Shown here piece after piece: positions 1 through 11,544 of a DNA stretch of 64,000 bases. How positions within the stretch are numbered: the stretch's first letter is position 1; each line of letters opens with the position of its first letter. The DNA is from Octopus bimaculoides. Its lineage: Eukaryota. A program made the position numbers and the translations under genes. The notes under the pieces were generated by a model. That model made no database searches. It saw nothing but the letters and a program-made list of their open reading frames with translations, and was not told the origin of the DNA. The stretch is taken from the NCBI RefSeq assembly GCF_001194135.2, contig NC_068984.1, positions 7,217,382-7,281,381 of the forward strand, read 5' to 3'.

Positions 1-36
<36 letters not shown>

Positions 37-210
37 AAAAAAAACTTTTGGAGAGAAAACAGAGTAAGGAAAAGCAGAAAGTTCTAGAAAGTTCCCAAAG
101 TTTCAAACGACGTGATGTATTGGAGCGATTTTTCATCAACGGAAGAGTCCAGTGAAATCCATATGTATATCCAGCAGTAATCCGGGTGGAATGCTGGTGT
201 GTAGATGAGG

Positions 211-411
<201 letters not shown>

Positions 412-1065
412 TGTATGTGTTTATATATGTAAACCCATTTTACACCAAAATCTCTATTCCAAGTATGATTAAAATTTGTCGAAACTAAATAGAAAAAATG
501 TACTTGAAATTCTTTCCATGCGTGAAAAATATTTCTATAATATTCAATGTAAAGAAAGACAATGATTGTACGGCTCCGGTTTGTCTTTGATGTGTTTTAT
601 ATTCACTGTTATATTTGGTAATGAAACTACGCAGTCCTCTTGATCTCATAGTCGTAGATCATATTATTGCTTATTGAATCAAATAATACATTATGTTGTT
701 CAGGAAGGGACCGTTTGAACACCATTACAATATGTCTCGCTTCATATAAGAAAATTAAATTAAAAAAAAGGAGTCTTTTAACAGCAAAATCCAACAGATG
801 TTTAGCCGTGGATGGTGTTAGTTGTATTCGGAGCGGAGAGTTCATAATGTTCGTTTTTCTACACGTAATAATATCAATTTCACACATCGACTGCTGGACT
901 GTAATCATAGTCCATACCAGATTGTAACAGGACGATGACATCTTAGTCAAAGAAAGAAAAAAAAAAGAAGTAAGAAAGAAAAAAAAAAGAAGAGAAAAAA
1001 ATAATCTGCTGCTGTTACAACTACAGCCGCTAATTCTAAACAATAAACTTTAAAACAATAAAAGA

Positions 1066-1067
<2 letters not shown>

Positions 1068-1141
<74 letters not shown>

Positions 1142-1153
1142 TTAATAATAATA
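1068..1153. repeat. (TAA)n microsatellite
   Basis: Near-pure AAT run directly upstream of the LINE fragment at 1154. Confidence 0.95.
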
Positions 1154-1425
1154 ATGAGGAAAGAAAGAAAAGTCGATAGATATGACAGGTTAGCTTGGGA
1201 GGTTAAGCAGTTGTGGTCGATGAATAAGGTAGCAGTAGTACCAATAATTGTGGGAGCCCTGGGAACAGAGGATAAAAATCTTGAGAAGTACATGGAACAA
1301 ATAGGGGCTCCAATAAGGGTGGAGCAGTTACAGAAAACAGCTCTGCTTGGAACCGCTCGAATACTCCGGAAGGTGCAGGAAAAATAAGAAGTGTTACCTT
1401 AGTTCACTGGTAGTGAACAGCTGAC
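1154..1425 (+). mobile_element. 5'-truncated R4/Dong-like non-LTR retrotransposon (ORF C-terminus plus short 3' UTR)
   Basis: 1154-1387 reads ...RYDRLAWEVKQLWSMNKVAVVPIIVGALGT...VEQLQKTALLGTARILRKVQEK*, the C-terminal pattern of restriction-like-endonuclease LINEs (KY..L..E...LW...VVP.IVGALG...LQK.ALLGTARILRKV). A 3' UTR stem-loop GTTCACT-GGT-AGTGAAC lies at 1402-1418. Confidence 0.8.
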
Positions 1426-1447
1426 ATGAATGTATGTGTATATGTGC

Positions 1448-1593
1448 ACGTTCTGAGTTGAAATTCTGCCGAGATCACTTTAGCTTTCATCCTTTTGGGG
1501 TCAATAAAATGAGTACCAGTTGAGCTGTGGGGTCGTAAACGACTTCCTCCCTCCCTGATGTTACTGGCCTAGTGCCAAACTTTGAAGCCAATA
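1448..1593 (+). mobile_element. SINE family A, 3' part
   Basis: GTTCTGAGTTGAAATTCTGCCGAG...CTTTCATCCTTTTGGGGTCAATAAAATGAGTACCAG core, shared with many copies in the window. Confidence 0.8.
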
Positions 1594-1714
1594 TTTAGTT
1601 CAGCCGCTTAGCTGCATTTCTTTCCGAGGTCGAAATCCTTGCATAGTCTAATACTTTGCACAGCATAGCATTAATAAACGTGTATCATAGACAGAACAAT
1701 TACAAATTCCTGTA

Positions 1715-1784
1715 ATTCATTTAATTATTTAAGTAAATTTAATATTCATTTAATTATTTAAGTAAATTTAATATTCGTTTAATT
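1715..1784. repeat. 29-bp AT-rich tandem repeat, about 2.4 copies
   Basis: ATTCATTTAATTATTTAAGTAAATTTAAT twice plus a partial third copy. Confidence 0.85.
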
Positions 1785-2124
1785 CAGAGTGAGTTGAGCG
1801 ATGTGAAAAATCAGTTATCCGGAAAAGTTTTGGAACCAAAGTTTTCTTGAAAATCGATGTTGTAACTGTAGTTTCATTGGAGTTATCTACCTTGCTTTTA
1901 GAATTAACCAATGTCTAGAAACTACATGGATAACTAATATGAAATAAGCCATCAGGGTGTAAGAACTCCGAATTCTACATTGGAAGAGACGGTCGATCGA
2001 TTATGTATGTGTGGAAATACCGGACGATAAATATATCAGAACTACAGTCTGTAAATTTATTAAACTATCGATTTTTTTAAACAATGCTCCAGTAGTAAAG
2101 ACAGTTATGAGATTTTTTGTGGTC

Positions 2125-2230
2125 TATTTAACCCAACCAATACTTAACTAATTCTTATTTTATCGATCTCAGAAAGATGAAAGACAAGTTTATACTTCGG
2201 CTGGATTTGAACACGGGAAGTAAAAAGATC
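2125..2230 (-). mobile_element. degraded SINE family A
   Basis: TTATTTTATCGATCTCAGAAAGATGAAAGACAAG...GGATTTGAAC is the reverse complement of the family A core. Confidence 0.6.
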
Positions 2231-2524
2231 TCGTGAGTAAATACTATCAAATGTTGTAATTTCATTTTCACCACTTCTTCTGACAATAAAAACGTGGTCT
2301 TTCTCCAGTCGAAAACGACCGATGAGAGTTCCGCAACTTCTTGCTAAAAAAAAAAACCTGTTTATTGTGATTAAATGAAAATACTGAACTCACTCCTTCC
2401 ACCAAATGGATATTGTCTGCACTGGTACACAGTGTGCCGCAGACCGGGCAACCAAGAGGCTGCAGAGAAACGTGAAATAAAGTATTCTGCACAAGAACAA
2501 GTTTCTCCCGAGCAGACCCATTTC

Positions 2525-2760
2525 AGGAAAAGGTAGTAATATTGTCTACAGTAGACAACTTTAATGACCACCCATCGGAAATGCTACATTCGTATACTTC
2601 AGCCAAAGCATAAAGAAAAACTTGCTGCCGCGGTAAATGAAGAATTTGTTCAAAACAGGAAATATCCACAGATGTAACAATGTTACGAGGAAACACTTTG
2701 ACAAAGAGTCCGACAGCTGTCGACATGTTTCGTTAGACTGACCTGGTTCGGACATTTAGG
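2525..2760 (+). mobile_element. possible highly decayed RTE-type LINE fragment
   Basis: Broken frames give KVVILST, HRKCYIRIL...VNEEFVQ and RLTWFGHL, resembling the RTE motifs AVVLSTLLY / HQRCLRRIL...NEEVL / RLRWFGHV. Several frameshifts are required. Confidence 0.3.
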
Positions 2761-3039
2761 TGACAACCTTGATTACCAATCTTGTTCATGATTAATTAAC
2801 AAATGAATTAACAAATTTAATGCTAACATTACTCCTGTGAGTGAGTGGTGTGGTCATGCGATCTATTAGAAACCGCAGATAAATGTAACCCGTTAGATCA
2901 TGTGGTCCTGAGTTCCCTGCACAAAGAAATCATTTTTTATAAACTAGAAAGTGAACCCCAACATATAATCTGGGAAGAGGACCCCTCCACAAATTATCAT
3001 TAAGAAAAATATGGTAAGATCAGCAATTTGAGGGGAGGG

Positions 3040-3235
3040 AATTAGGGACTTAAGCTAAAAGAATTAAGCCTCTGGGAAAAGAAACGAATGTATACAAGAA
3101 GAAAACACGGTGCCTTATTTTATTAATCGCTGAAGAATGAAAGACGAAGCTGATCTCGTCGGGATTTGAACTCTGAACGTGAAGAGCCAGAAGAAATGTT
3201 GCTAAGCATTCAAACGATTCTACGACGGCCATCGG
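3040..3235 (-). mobile_element. degraded SINE family A
   Basis: TTATTAATCGCTGAAGAATGAAAGACGAAGCTGA...GGATTTGAACTCTGAACGT...GCTAAGCATT. Confidence 0.65.
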
Positions 3236-3873
3236 AATTGTGACATTCATTATGTGGAACTATGGGTATGGGTGTGTGCAGAGAGAGAGAGAGAGANNNN
3301 NNNNNNNNNNNNNNNNNNNNNNNNNNNNNNNNNNNNNNNNNNNNNNNNNNNNNNNNNNNNNNNNNNNNNNNNNNNNNNNNNNNNNNNNNNNNNNNNNNNN
3401 NNNNNNNNNNNNNNNNNNNNNNNNNNNNNNNNNNNNNNNNNNNNNNNNNNNNNNNNNNNNNNNNNNNNNNNNNNNNNNNNNNNNNNNNNNNNNNNNNNNN
3501 NNNNNNNNNNNNNNNNNNNNNNNNNNNNNNNNNNNNNNNNNNNNNNNNNNNNNNNNNNNNNNNNNNNNNNNNNNNNNNNNNNNNNNNNNNNNNNNNNNNN
3601 NNNNNNNNNNNNNNNNNNNNNNNNNNNNNNNNNNNNNNNNNNNNNNNNNNNNNNNNNNNNNNNNNNNNNNNNNNNNNNNNNNNNNNNNNNNNNNNNNNNN
3701 NNNNNNNNNNNNNNNNNNNNNNNNNNNNNNNNNNNNNNNNNNNNNNNNNNNNNNNNNNNAAAAACCATTTCGTATTCTCCTCACGTCCTGTGCGGAGGCC
3801 GGAGGGTTGTGTTAAAACAGTGAAGTTTCACAAAAAACCACGAGGCGTGATGGATTAACAGGACACACACTCA

Positions 3874-3929
<56 letters not shown>

Positions 3930-4196
3930 TACGCATACTTACAGAGATACATACATAGATACAAGACAGACACACTCAGACACACATTCATAAACACACC
4001 TACTCACAGAACCACACACAATTTAATGGTGTTTTGTTTGTTTGTTTGCTTTTTTTCCTTTTCACGCTTGTCCTAGTTCACCTGCAGGAAATGAAACGGA
4101 AAACGCTGTGTCTATTCGTGTATAAGTATGTCTTCTGTAAAAAAGAGAAAATAAATTATAATAAATAAATAAATAAAACAGTGCAAAGTTTTAGAG

Positions 4197-4600
4197 GTGG
4201 GCATGGTTGTGGAGGTACGAAACTAGTCCCTGAACCACGCTGTAGCGGATTCAATTCCACAGTACAGTACCATTTATTTCTTTATTGCCCACAAGGGGCT
4301 AAACAGACACGACAAACAAGAGGATGAAGTCGATTACATCGACCCCAGTGCGTAACTGGTACTTATTTAATCGACCCCAAAAGGATGAAAAGCAAAGTCG
4401 ATCTCGGCGGAATTTGAACTCAGAACGTAACGACAGACAGCTAAGCATTTTCGTCCGGCGTGCTAACGATTCTGCCAGCTCGTCGCCCTGACCATTGCCC
4501 TCGGCTCACTACCGTACTAGCCTGAATGTTTGGAATACAGGGTGAATGAAATTTGCTAGACGAAAACTGTGCGGAATCTCCAAGTAAATAATCGTGTCTG
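4197..4600 (+). mobile_element. old SINE family B split by a family A insertion
   Basis: The head GGCATGGTTGTGG...AACCACG...ATTCAATTCCAC (4197-4272) continues after 4488 with GCCCTCGG...GAAATTTGCTAGACGAAAACTG. Confidence 0.55.
4274..4487 (-). mobile_element. near full-length SINE family A
   Basis: Reverse complement reads GGCGACGAGCTGGCAGAATCGTTAGCACGCCGGACG...GTTCTGAGTTCAAATTCCGCCGAGATCGACTTTGCTTTTCATCCTTTTGGGGTCGATTAAATAAGTACCAG (tRNA-like head plus conserved core). Confidence 0.9.
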
Positions 4601-4779
4601 GAGGATTTGAAAACCGGTGCTTTCGCACAAATGTAAATATTTCCAACGAGTTATTTCCCCTTCCTTCAACTTTGCATCTTGTAATTTACGCGAAAAATAA
4701 AATGACTGCTGAACAAATATTGGTCGATGTTATCCGCTGAAAAGCCGAAGAAAATTAAAATAGTATTTAAGCATAGTCT

Positions 4780-5400
4780 GATGATGAGGAGGATGATGAT
4801 GACGATGATGACTGTCGGTGTTGTTGTTGTTGTTGTGTTGTTAGTGTTTAGCCCTTGGCTAGTTCCGACTCAACAGACCTATGCTCAAAGGTGCTAAAAA
4901 CTTTTAGTTAATTCACCTAATAATTCTACTTAACAATACAAAGCTTTTACGCTACGTCTGTTTCGTCGAAGTCTTTTCGTATTTTACTGACGAGTCTATC
5001 AATGTTAGAAGGATATTTGGTCGCTATTTCTAGCAAGTCTAGGGACGGCATATATATCGAACACAAAAGAGAAGTTGAAAATTATGGTGATGATGATGAA
5101 GACGACTACGATGATGATGAGGAGAAGCGGAGGAAAGAGAGGGAAGAAGGGGAAGGTAGGATGTGGAGGAGGATACTGCAGCTGTTCTGGCTATTGTCGA
5201 TCATAATGGTGATGGAGGTAGGAATGATGATGATTATGATGATGAGGAGGAAGAGGAGGAGAAGACGATGAGGATGATGATGATGATGATGAAAAAACTA
5301 TGATGCAAACGATGATGTGGTGATGATGATGATAATGAAGTGGTGATGGAAGAGGCCAGGTGAGAAATCTAGTAAGGTGATGAAGTTGATGGTGGGAGCG
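4780..5400. repeat. degenerate (GAT)n/(GAG)n/(TTG)n low-complexity tracts
   Basis: Trinucleotide runs at 4780-4842 and 5080-5400. Confidence 0.85.
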
Positions 5401-5574
5401 CAAGTAAGGTAGGATTATTTAAAGTAACAAATCTTGTCTGCAATCATAGAATACAAAATGCTTCTTGTCTGCATATTTGTTCCGGTCTCCGAGAATGAAA
5501 GCAAAAGATATTGTCTGTCATAAAGGAAACGAAAGATGAATTTCAGAGATAAGTACTTATATAACATATACATA

Positions 5575-5603
5575 TGCATGCACACACACACACATATACC
5601 CAC

Positions 5604-5652
<49 letters not shown>

Positions 5653-5765
5653 CATATATATATATAAATATATATATTTATATATATATATATACATAGA
5701 TATATACATATGCATATATATACGTTTATGTGTGTGTGTTTGTATATATATGTATGTATGTGTAT

Positions 5766-5826
<61 letters not shown>

Positions 5827-6087
5827 CATGTATGTATGTATGTATGTATGTATGTATGTATATTGTGTGTGTGAGTCTGTCTGTATCTTTCCTTCAATAT
5901 AACACTGCGTTCAAGTTGTTTTCCTATCTCAGATTTTTCATATTTTCTTATAAGGTTTTTACAGCTCGCTCGGAACAATAAAGTTCCTAATTTATATTTG
6001 AAGTTTCCAGACCTTCACAATCTCATTTTAAAGAATTGGAGTGCTTAAGCGTATTCCTATTTTTGTGACACACACGCACGCACTCAT

Positions 6088-6176
<89 letters not shown>

Positions 6177-6192
6177 AAGAAAGAGAGAGAGA

Positions 6193-6235
<43 letters not shown>
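5575..6235. repeat. compound (CA)n/(TA)n/(TATG)n/(GA)n microsatellite cluster
   Basis: Read directly from the sequence. Confidence 0.9.
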
Positions 6236-6238
<3 letters not shown>

Positions 6239-6561
6239 CGCAAATTGCTCTTTCAATTTTAGTGAATGTAAGTATAAGCAAGCGTGTTTTATTGTGCGTA
6301 TGTAAATAAGAATGTATGCGTTTACAGTGAAAGTTCGATAAATGATATTCTTTCAAAATTATTATAGCTTGAAAATATTTGTTGGATTAAATATTAAGTT
6401 CACTCGGTAGTCATCGATTTCTAAGTGTTTGGTGGTGTGTAATGCGGTCAATAATGTGCAATGCATACGTACATACATACATATATACATACATACACAC
6501 ATACACACACACATGCGCATACATACGTACGTACATACACACATTGTTACCTTTCTATAGC

Positions 6562-6611
<50 letters not shown>

Positions 6612-6618
6612 AATATAG

Positions 6619-7110
6619 GAAATATTGAGAAATCCGCAGTTACTCTATTCAGCTTACAAGTTCAGGTTTATATCTGTAATTATCGGGGCCCTGGGATATG
6701 TAACACACTGCCTGAATACCAATCTTTAGAAATTAGGCCTCGCCAAACCACAAAGAAGGCAAATTTGAAGACTGCAAATCCAATCCATCACTGGAACAGT
6801 AAAAATCTGTAAAACTTTCCAGAAGTTTACCATTTAAATATATATGAGCATGTCTAGATATGTAGCATTATGCATGAGAATACATGCATTAAACATACAC
6901 ATCTGCACATACATACATACATACATACATACATACATGCATACATACATATATACATACATACGTAGTACGTGCAAACACAAAAATACCCTGTTGTTGA
7001 TGTTAAAATTCCAATGAAGGAACCATGGATCTAGGTTAGAAACTGGTTCCTTCTCTATTGGCAAGAAATCTTGAAATAAACTGAATAATGACATACATAC
7101 ATACATACAT
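6619..7110 (+). mobile_element. 5'-truncated R4/Dong-like non-LTR retrotransposon, second family, with long 3' UTR ending in (CATA)n
   Basis: One frame, 6619-6837: EILRNPQLLYSAYKFRFISVIIGALGYVTHCLNTNL*KLGLAKPQRRQI*RLQIQSITGTVKICKTFQKFTI* (IIGALG and LQ..S..GT.KI motifs, two in-frame stops). The UTR has an internal (CATA)n and ends ...GGCAAGAAATCTTGAAATAAACTGAATAATG(ACAT)n. Confidence 0.75.
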
Positions 7111-7138
7111 ACATAAATGTATGTATGTACGTACGTCG

Positions 7139-7484
7139 TGGCACTCCGTCGGTTATGACGACGAGGGTTCCAGTTGATCCGATCAATGGAACAGCCTGCT
7201 CGTGCAGACATGCGTACCCTTAACGTAGTTCTCGGGGAGATTCAGCTTGGAACAGAGTGTGACAAGGCTGGCCCTTTGAAATATAGACGCAACAGAAACA
7301 GGAAGTAAGAGTGAAAGTTGTGGTGAGAAAGTACAATAGGTTCGCCACAATCTCCTGCCAGAGCCTCGTGGAGAGTTAGGTGTTTTCGGTCAATAAACAC
7401 TCACAACGCCCGGTCTGGGAATCGAAACCGCGATCCCACGACCGCGAGTCCGCTGCCCTAATCACTGAGCCGTTGCGCCTCCAC
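7139..7484 (-). mobile_element. tRNA-derived SINE (family D tail)
   Basis: The reverse complement starts GGAGGCGCAACGGCTCAGTGATTAGGGCAGCGG...GTTTCGATTCCCAGACCGGGC (A/B-box-like) and ends TTTCAAAGGGCCAGCCTTGTCAC...ACCGACGGAGTGCCA. Confidence 0.85.
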
Positions 7485-8789
7485 ATGTATGTATTACGTA
7501 CACACACATGTGAGTACGTAAGTGCAAAATGAGGAGGAAAAAAAATTTGTACTCGAATACCAAAGCTAGTTAAGAATCCTACTTTATTAAAACTTAGGAA
7601 AAGACTACACAAAGTGTTACTCAGAGTTTCAAGTAAGCGATCATCAGACAGTTGTGTGAGAGACTAATACATCTTGTTCTCCGGACACCTGCACGCGCGT
7701 GCGAGTGTGTTGGACGTTAGCGATGGAAGTTGTAGTGAGTGTAGACACTATACACTGGTTTTCGAAGGAAGAAAATGAATTAGCGATCTAAAAAGTATTT
7801 TTCGAGGGAAAACAAAGAAGTTATAAAATACAAAAATACACAAAAAAAATCTGATGTGATGGAAGACAACGATAGACATGTGCTTCGGTTCCGTATTAAA
7901 CCAGTCAACGGTTTCTGTAGTTATTAGAGCAGAACAGAGAAGTCTTATTTGTCTCTCCACTGCTTTGTTACGTTTCTATAGTTCGAAAAATTACTCAGGT
8001 ATATTTTTGATCCGAGTAATATACACAACTTAATTTAAATAGATCCAAGGGAGATAACACAAAGCAGTCTCTGTGTCATAAATTTAGTCGATGTTACAGC
8101 GGTTGAATGCCGTAGCGTAATTCTTAATTTAATAATAGTTCCGAATGAGGCAGAGACAGACAACACAATATCAACGACAATGTTTGTGACTCACGTGGAA
8201 AAAAAAAAAAAGCTATTTTCAAGAAATTACGATTAAATTCTCGGAAGTATTTGCTTGGCAGAGAAGAAAATATTAGAATGTGAACATCAAAATTACATAT
8301 AAGCGTCAAAACGTTCAGAATACATATTTAAGCATTATATATTTTGCAATACTCCGTCTCTATCGGTCTTTATTGTAAAGGACTGACTGATGTGAAATAG
8401 TTTTATAGAATAGAAACAGACCGGAGATTGCAAAGATTGAAGTTAAACTTGGTTATATCATAAATTCCTAACAATATTAAAGTTGTAACCACTTAATTTA
8501 TTTTTGTTTTTTTATTTTCATTAGATTTTGTTGTATATCGGGAGGGTCATTATGCAAATAATAAACACACGCACCGTTTCTGTTTCACTTCTTTATTGTT
8601 AATTTATCAATTGGTTAACTATTTCTCCACTCAACTAATTGATGGTTCGATTAATCTTATTTCGTCTATTTATTTATTTATTTTTAAAATTTTTGACTAG
8701 TGGTACAGTTATTTAAGCGAATCTGTAACAGTCAATTTTAAAAAACACTTTGTTAAAATTTGGTGCATGAATGAGGTTGGGAATTAATG

Positions 8790-8800
8790 AGAGAAAGAGA

Positions 8801-8874
<74 letters not shown>

Positions 8875-9157
8875 AAGAGAGAGAGAGAGAGAAAGGAAAA
8901 AACGAAATAAATTAACAGTTAATTAGTAGCACTGATTTATAGTTATTTGGTTCTTCTCTACTTAGAAAGATTTGTATAAATTGAAATAAAAAACAAAAGA
9001 AAGGAAACAAATAAGAATGAAAGCAAGAGATCAAAAAGAGAGAGAGAGAGAAAAGAGAGAGAGAGAGAAAAGAGAGAGAGAAGAGAGAGAGAAGAGAGAG
9101 AGAAGAGAGAGAAGAGAGAGATAGAGAAGAGAGAGATAGAGAAGAGAGAGAAAGAGT

Positions 9158-9235
<78 letters not shown>
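8790..9235. repeat. (GA)n and GA-rich degenerate tracts
   Basis: Two polypurine tracts, 8790-8895 and 9030-9235. Confidence 0.9.
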
Positions 9236-9238
<3 letters not shown>

Positions 9239-9395
9239 GAGGTGGTGGTGGTGGGGTAATATGGAATACGGCTCTAGAAATAAAATTTAATGGTCTATTT
9301 AGTGTGATAAAATGGAAATAGAATCCTGTATTCATTCGATGTTTCCAAACATCGAAATAAACGAATTGAGCATGAAGAGGTAGAGTGTGAATCCA

Positions 9396-9603
9396 TCTTT
9401 TTCACTCTTTTGTTTCTGTCATTTGACTTTAACCATACTGGAGCACCACCCTGATGGCCTTCGCCGAATAAATCATCGCCAGTACTTACCTTTTAACTCT
9501 GGTGCTCGTTCGATCGGTCTCTTTCGCCGAAACGACAATTATGAGAATATAAACAAACCAATACCGGGTCTGAAGCGGTGGGCACACACACACACACACA
9601 CTC

Positions 9604-9666
<63 letters not shown>

Positions 9667-9786
9667 GCGATAAGCTTCCATTTAGATTCGGTTTACCAAG
9701 TTCACACACATTACGTTGGGTGCCGTGCAGTGCGACTGAACCTGAAACCTCATAGATGCAACACGAGTTTCTCAGCTCTACAGCCA
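9396..9786 (-). mobile_element. SINE family B with expanded internal (CA)n
   Basis: GTCATTTGACT...CCATACTGGAGCACCACC tail, CA run at about 9585-9662, then head remnant CTGAACCTGAAACC. Confidence 0.8.
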
Positions 9787-9892
9787 TAAGATTGAGTTTT
9801 AAAAGAGAATGCTGGAGGAGACAATTTAAATTAAAGCAAAAAAGTTAATCTTCAGGATAAATTTCTATTAAGCTTACTTAATAACACCAACA

Positions 9893-9950
9893 TGGCGGAT
9901 AGGTGACAGAATCATTCGCATGTCTGACAAAATGCTTAACGGCATTTGCT
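9893..9950 (+). mobile_element. SINE family A head fragment
   Basis: GGCGGATAGGTGACAGAATCATTCGCATG...AAATGCTTAACGGCATTT. Confidence 0.55.
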
Positions 9951-9989
9951 CAGGATCATTATGCATTTTGTTACCCATTGCCTGCTTAA

Positions 9990-10507
9990 CCCATTGCCTG
10001 CCATGAGCCCCATTTGGGGATCTGCTAAAAACAATCTCACTGCCAGTTCTTCATTGTATTTAAAGTGAATTGCTTATGGACATTGCAAATGCAGAGGTGT
10101 ATTTAACAATATTTAGTAGTTAAGGTTTGTCATTATTAGCGCCGGCTAATTCTGGGACATTTTATGTCATAAATCGCAATTTGTGAAATACAAAAATGTT
10201 GATTGTTTTGAAAACGTTTTTTCCCCCCTGCATTTCCCATTTAAATCATTCATTGATATTTCATACACATTCGCATTTGATACTATAGTTAAAAAAAAAA
10301 AAACTGAAATTTTTATTATTGCAGTTGAATAGAGAAGGTTAAATATGCACTTTTTCAGCGATCCTCATCTGAGACATTTCGAAAACTTATCATAATTTCC
10401 CAAATGATTCATATATGAAAACAAATTTGAATACTATATATTATTTTAACTCCTAAGACACCTGGCAAAGCCAAAAAATATGAATAAAAAAATTGGCAGT
10501 TAATGGG
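9990..10507. mobile_element. piggyBac-type MITE, 518 bp
   Basis: TTAA on both sides (9986-9989, 10508-10511). TIRs CCCATTGCCTGCCA and CCCATTAACTGCCA (reverse complement of the right end) match 12/14, with CCC termini. The interior is AT-rich and non-coding. Confidence 0.75.
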
Positions 10508-10821
10508 TTAAGGTATATTCGAAGCCATATGAAAGCTGTTCACTGTAGACAAATAGGTGTAAATACACCAAGTCAGTGTGCATGCAGGATGCATGCATTT
10601 CGGAGTGGTTATCTCTTCTTCAACAGAAGAAACCGGAAAGCCAGACGCCGCGAACTGACACACAAATCCCTCATATGATATTCCCGTCATTGTTCGATGA
10701 CTGGTTGCAGTATTCAGCGGTTAACCGTAATAATATACAGGGTGACTGCACTAAGTAGTGGTGTGTATGAATACAAACTTGTTACCAGTTCAAATATGCT
10801 TCCGGAATATTGAAACTTTGC

Positions 10822-10940
10822 ATGTTCTGAATTCAAATCCCGCCCAGATCAGTTTTTGCCTTTTAACCCTTTACGCTTGATAAAATAAAGTAGCAGTCAA
10901 GTTCTGGAGTCGATACAACCCTGTTGTACCCTCCCCTCCC
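10822..10940 (+). mobile_element. SINE family A, 3' part
   Basis: TGTTCTGAATTCAAATCCCGCC...GCCTTTTAACCCTTT...GATAAAATAAAGTAGCAG. Confidence 0.7.
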
Positions 10941-11099
10941 TATCGAACCTCAGTACTCAACTGGTTCTTATTTTATCTACCCTTAAATGGTAAAAGGCAC
11001 AGTCGACATCAGCGGTATTTGAACTTGCATCGCAAAGAAAGGCAAAATGCCGCTCAGCTTTTTGTCCGGCTTGCTAACGATTCTGCCAGATCACCGCCT
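10941..11099 (-). mobile_element. SINE family A, tail-to-tail with the previous copy
   Basis: CTCAGTACTCAACTGGTTCTTATTTTATC...GCTAACGATTCTGCCAGATCACCGCC. Confidence 0.8.
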
Positions 11100-11289
11100 T
11101 ATATCGATTTGTAATCTGTCGAAAATGTTCACTTCCACACGGATATCATACATCGATACAACATATCATAATACCTACTTCCTCACAATGTAATATCATA
11201 CCCATTTACCATACAATATCATGTAGTTCCTTCTACACAACATATCTAGCTCCACACCAAAAGACACCCACTTCTTTATAATATGATAT

Positions 11290-11525
11290 CTCTTGCTTGT
11301 TTCAGCCATTAAACCGCGGCCATACTGGAGCACCGCCTTAAGAATTTTTAGTCGAATCAATCAAACCCAGTACTTATTTATTTAAACGAGGATCTTAATC
11401 CAACAGTCTCTTTCCGGAACCGCTACGTTACGGAAACGTAAACACACCAACTCAGGCTGTAAATCGGTGGTGGGAAATAAACACAGATACAAAGATATAC
11501 AAACACACACACACACATACACACA
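11290..11525 (-). mobile_element. SINE family B, 3' half ending in its internal microsatellite
   Basis: TTGTTTCAGCCATT...GCGGCCATACTGGAGCACCGCC...GAACCGCTACGTTACGGAAACGTAAACACACCAAC. Confidence 0.8.
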
Positions 11526-11544
11526 CCTATCTATCTATCTATCT

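Noticed and set aside
8343-8434. Imperfect inverted repeat of about 90 nt as a pre-miRNA or MITE
   Set aside because: The arms need several bulges, I recognise no known mature miRNA, and there is no TSD.
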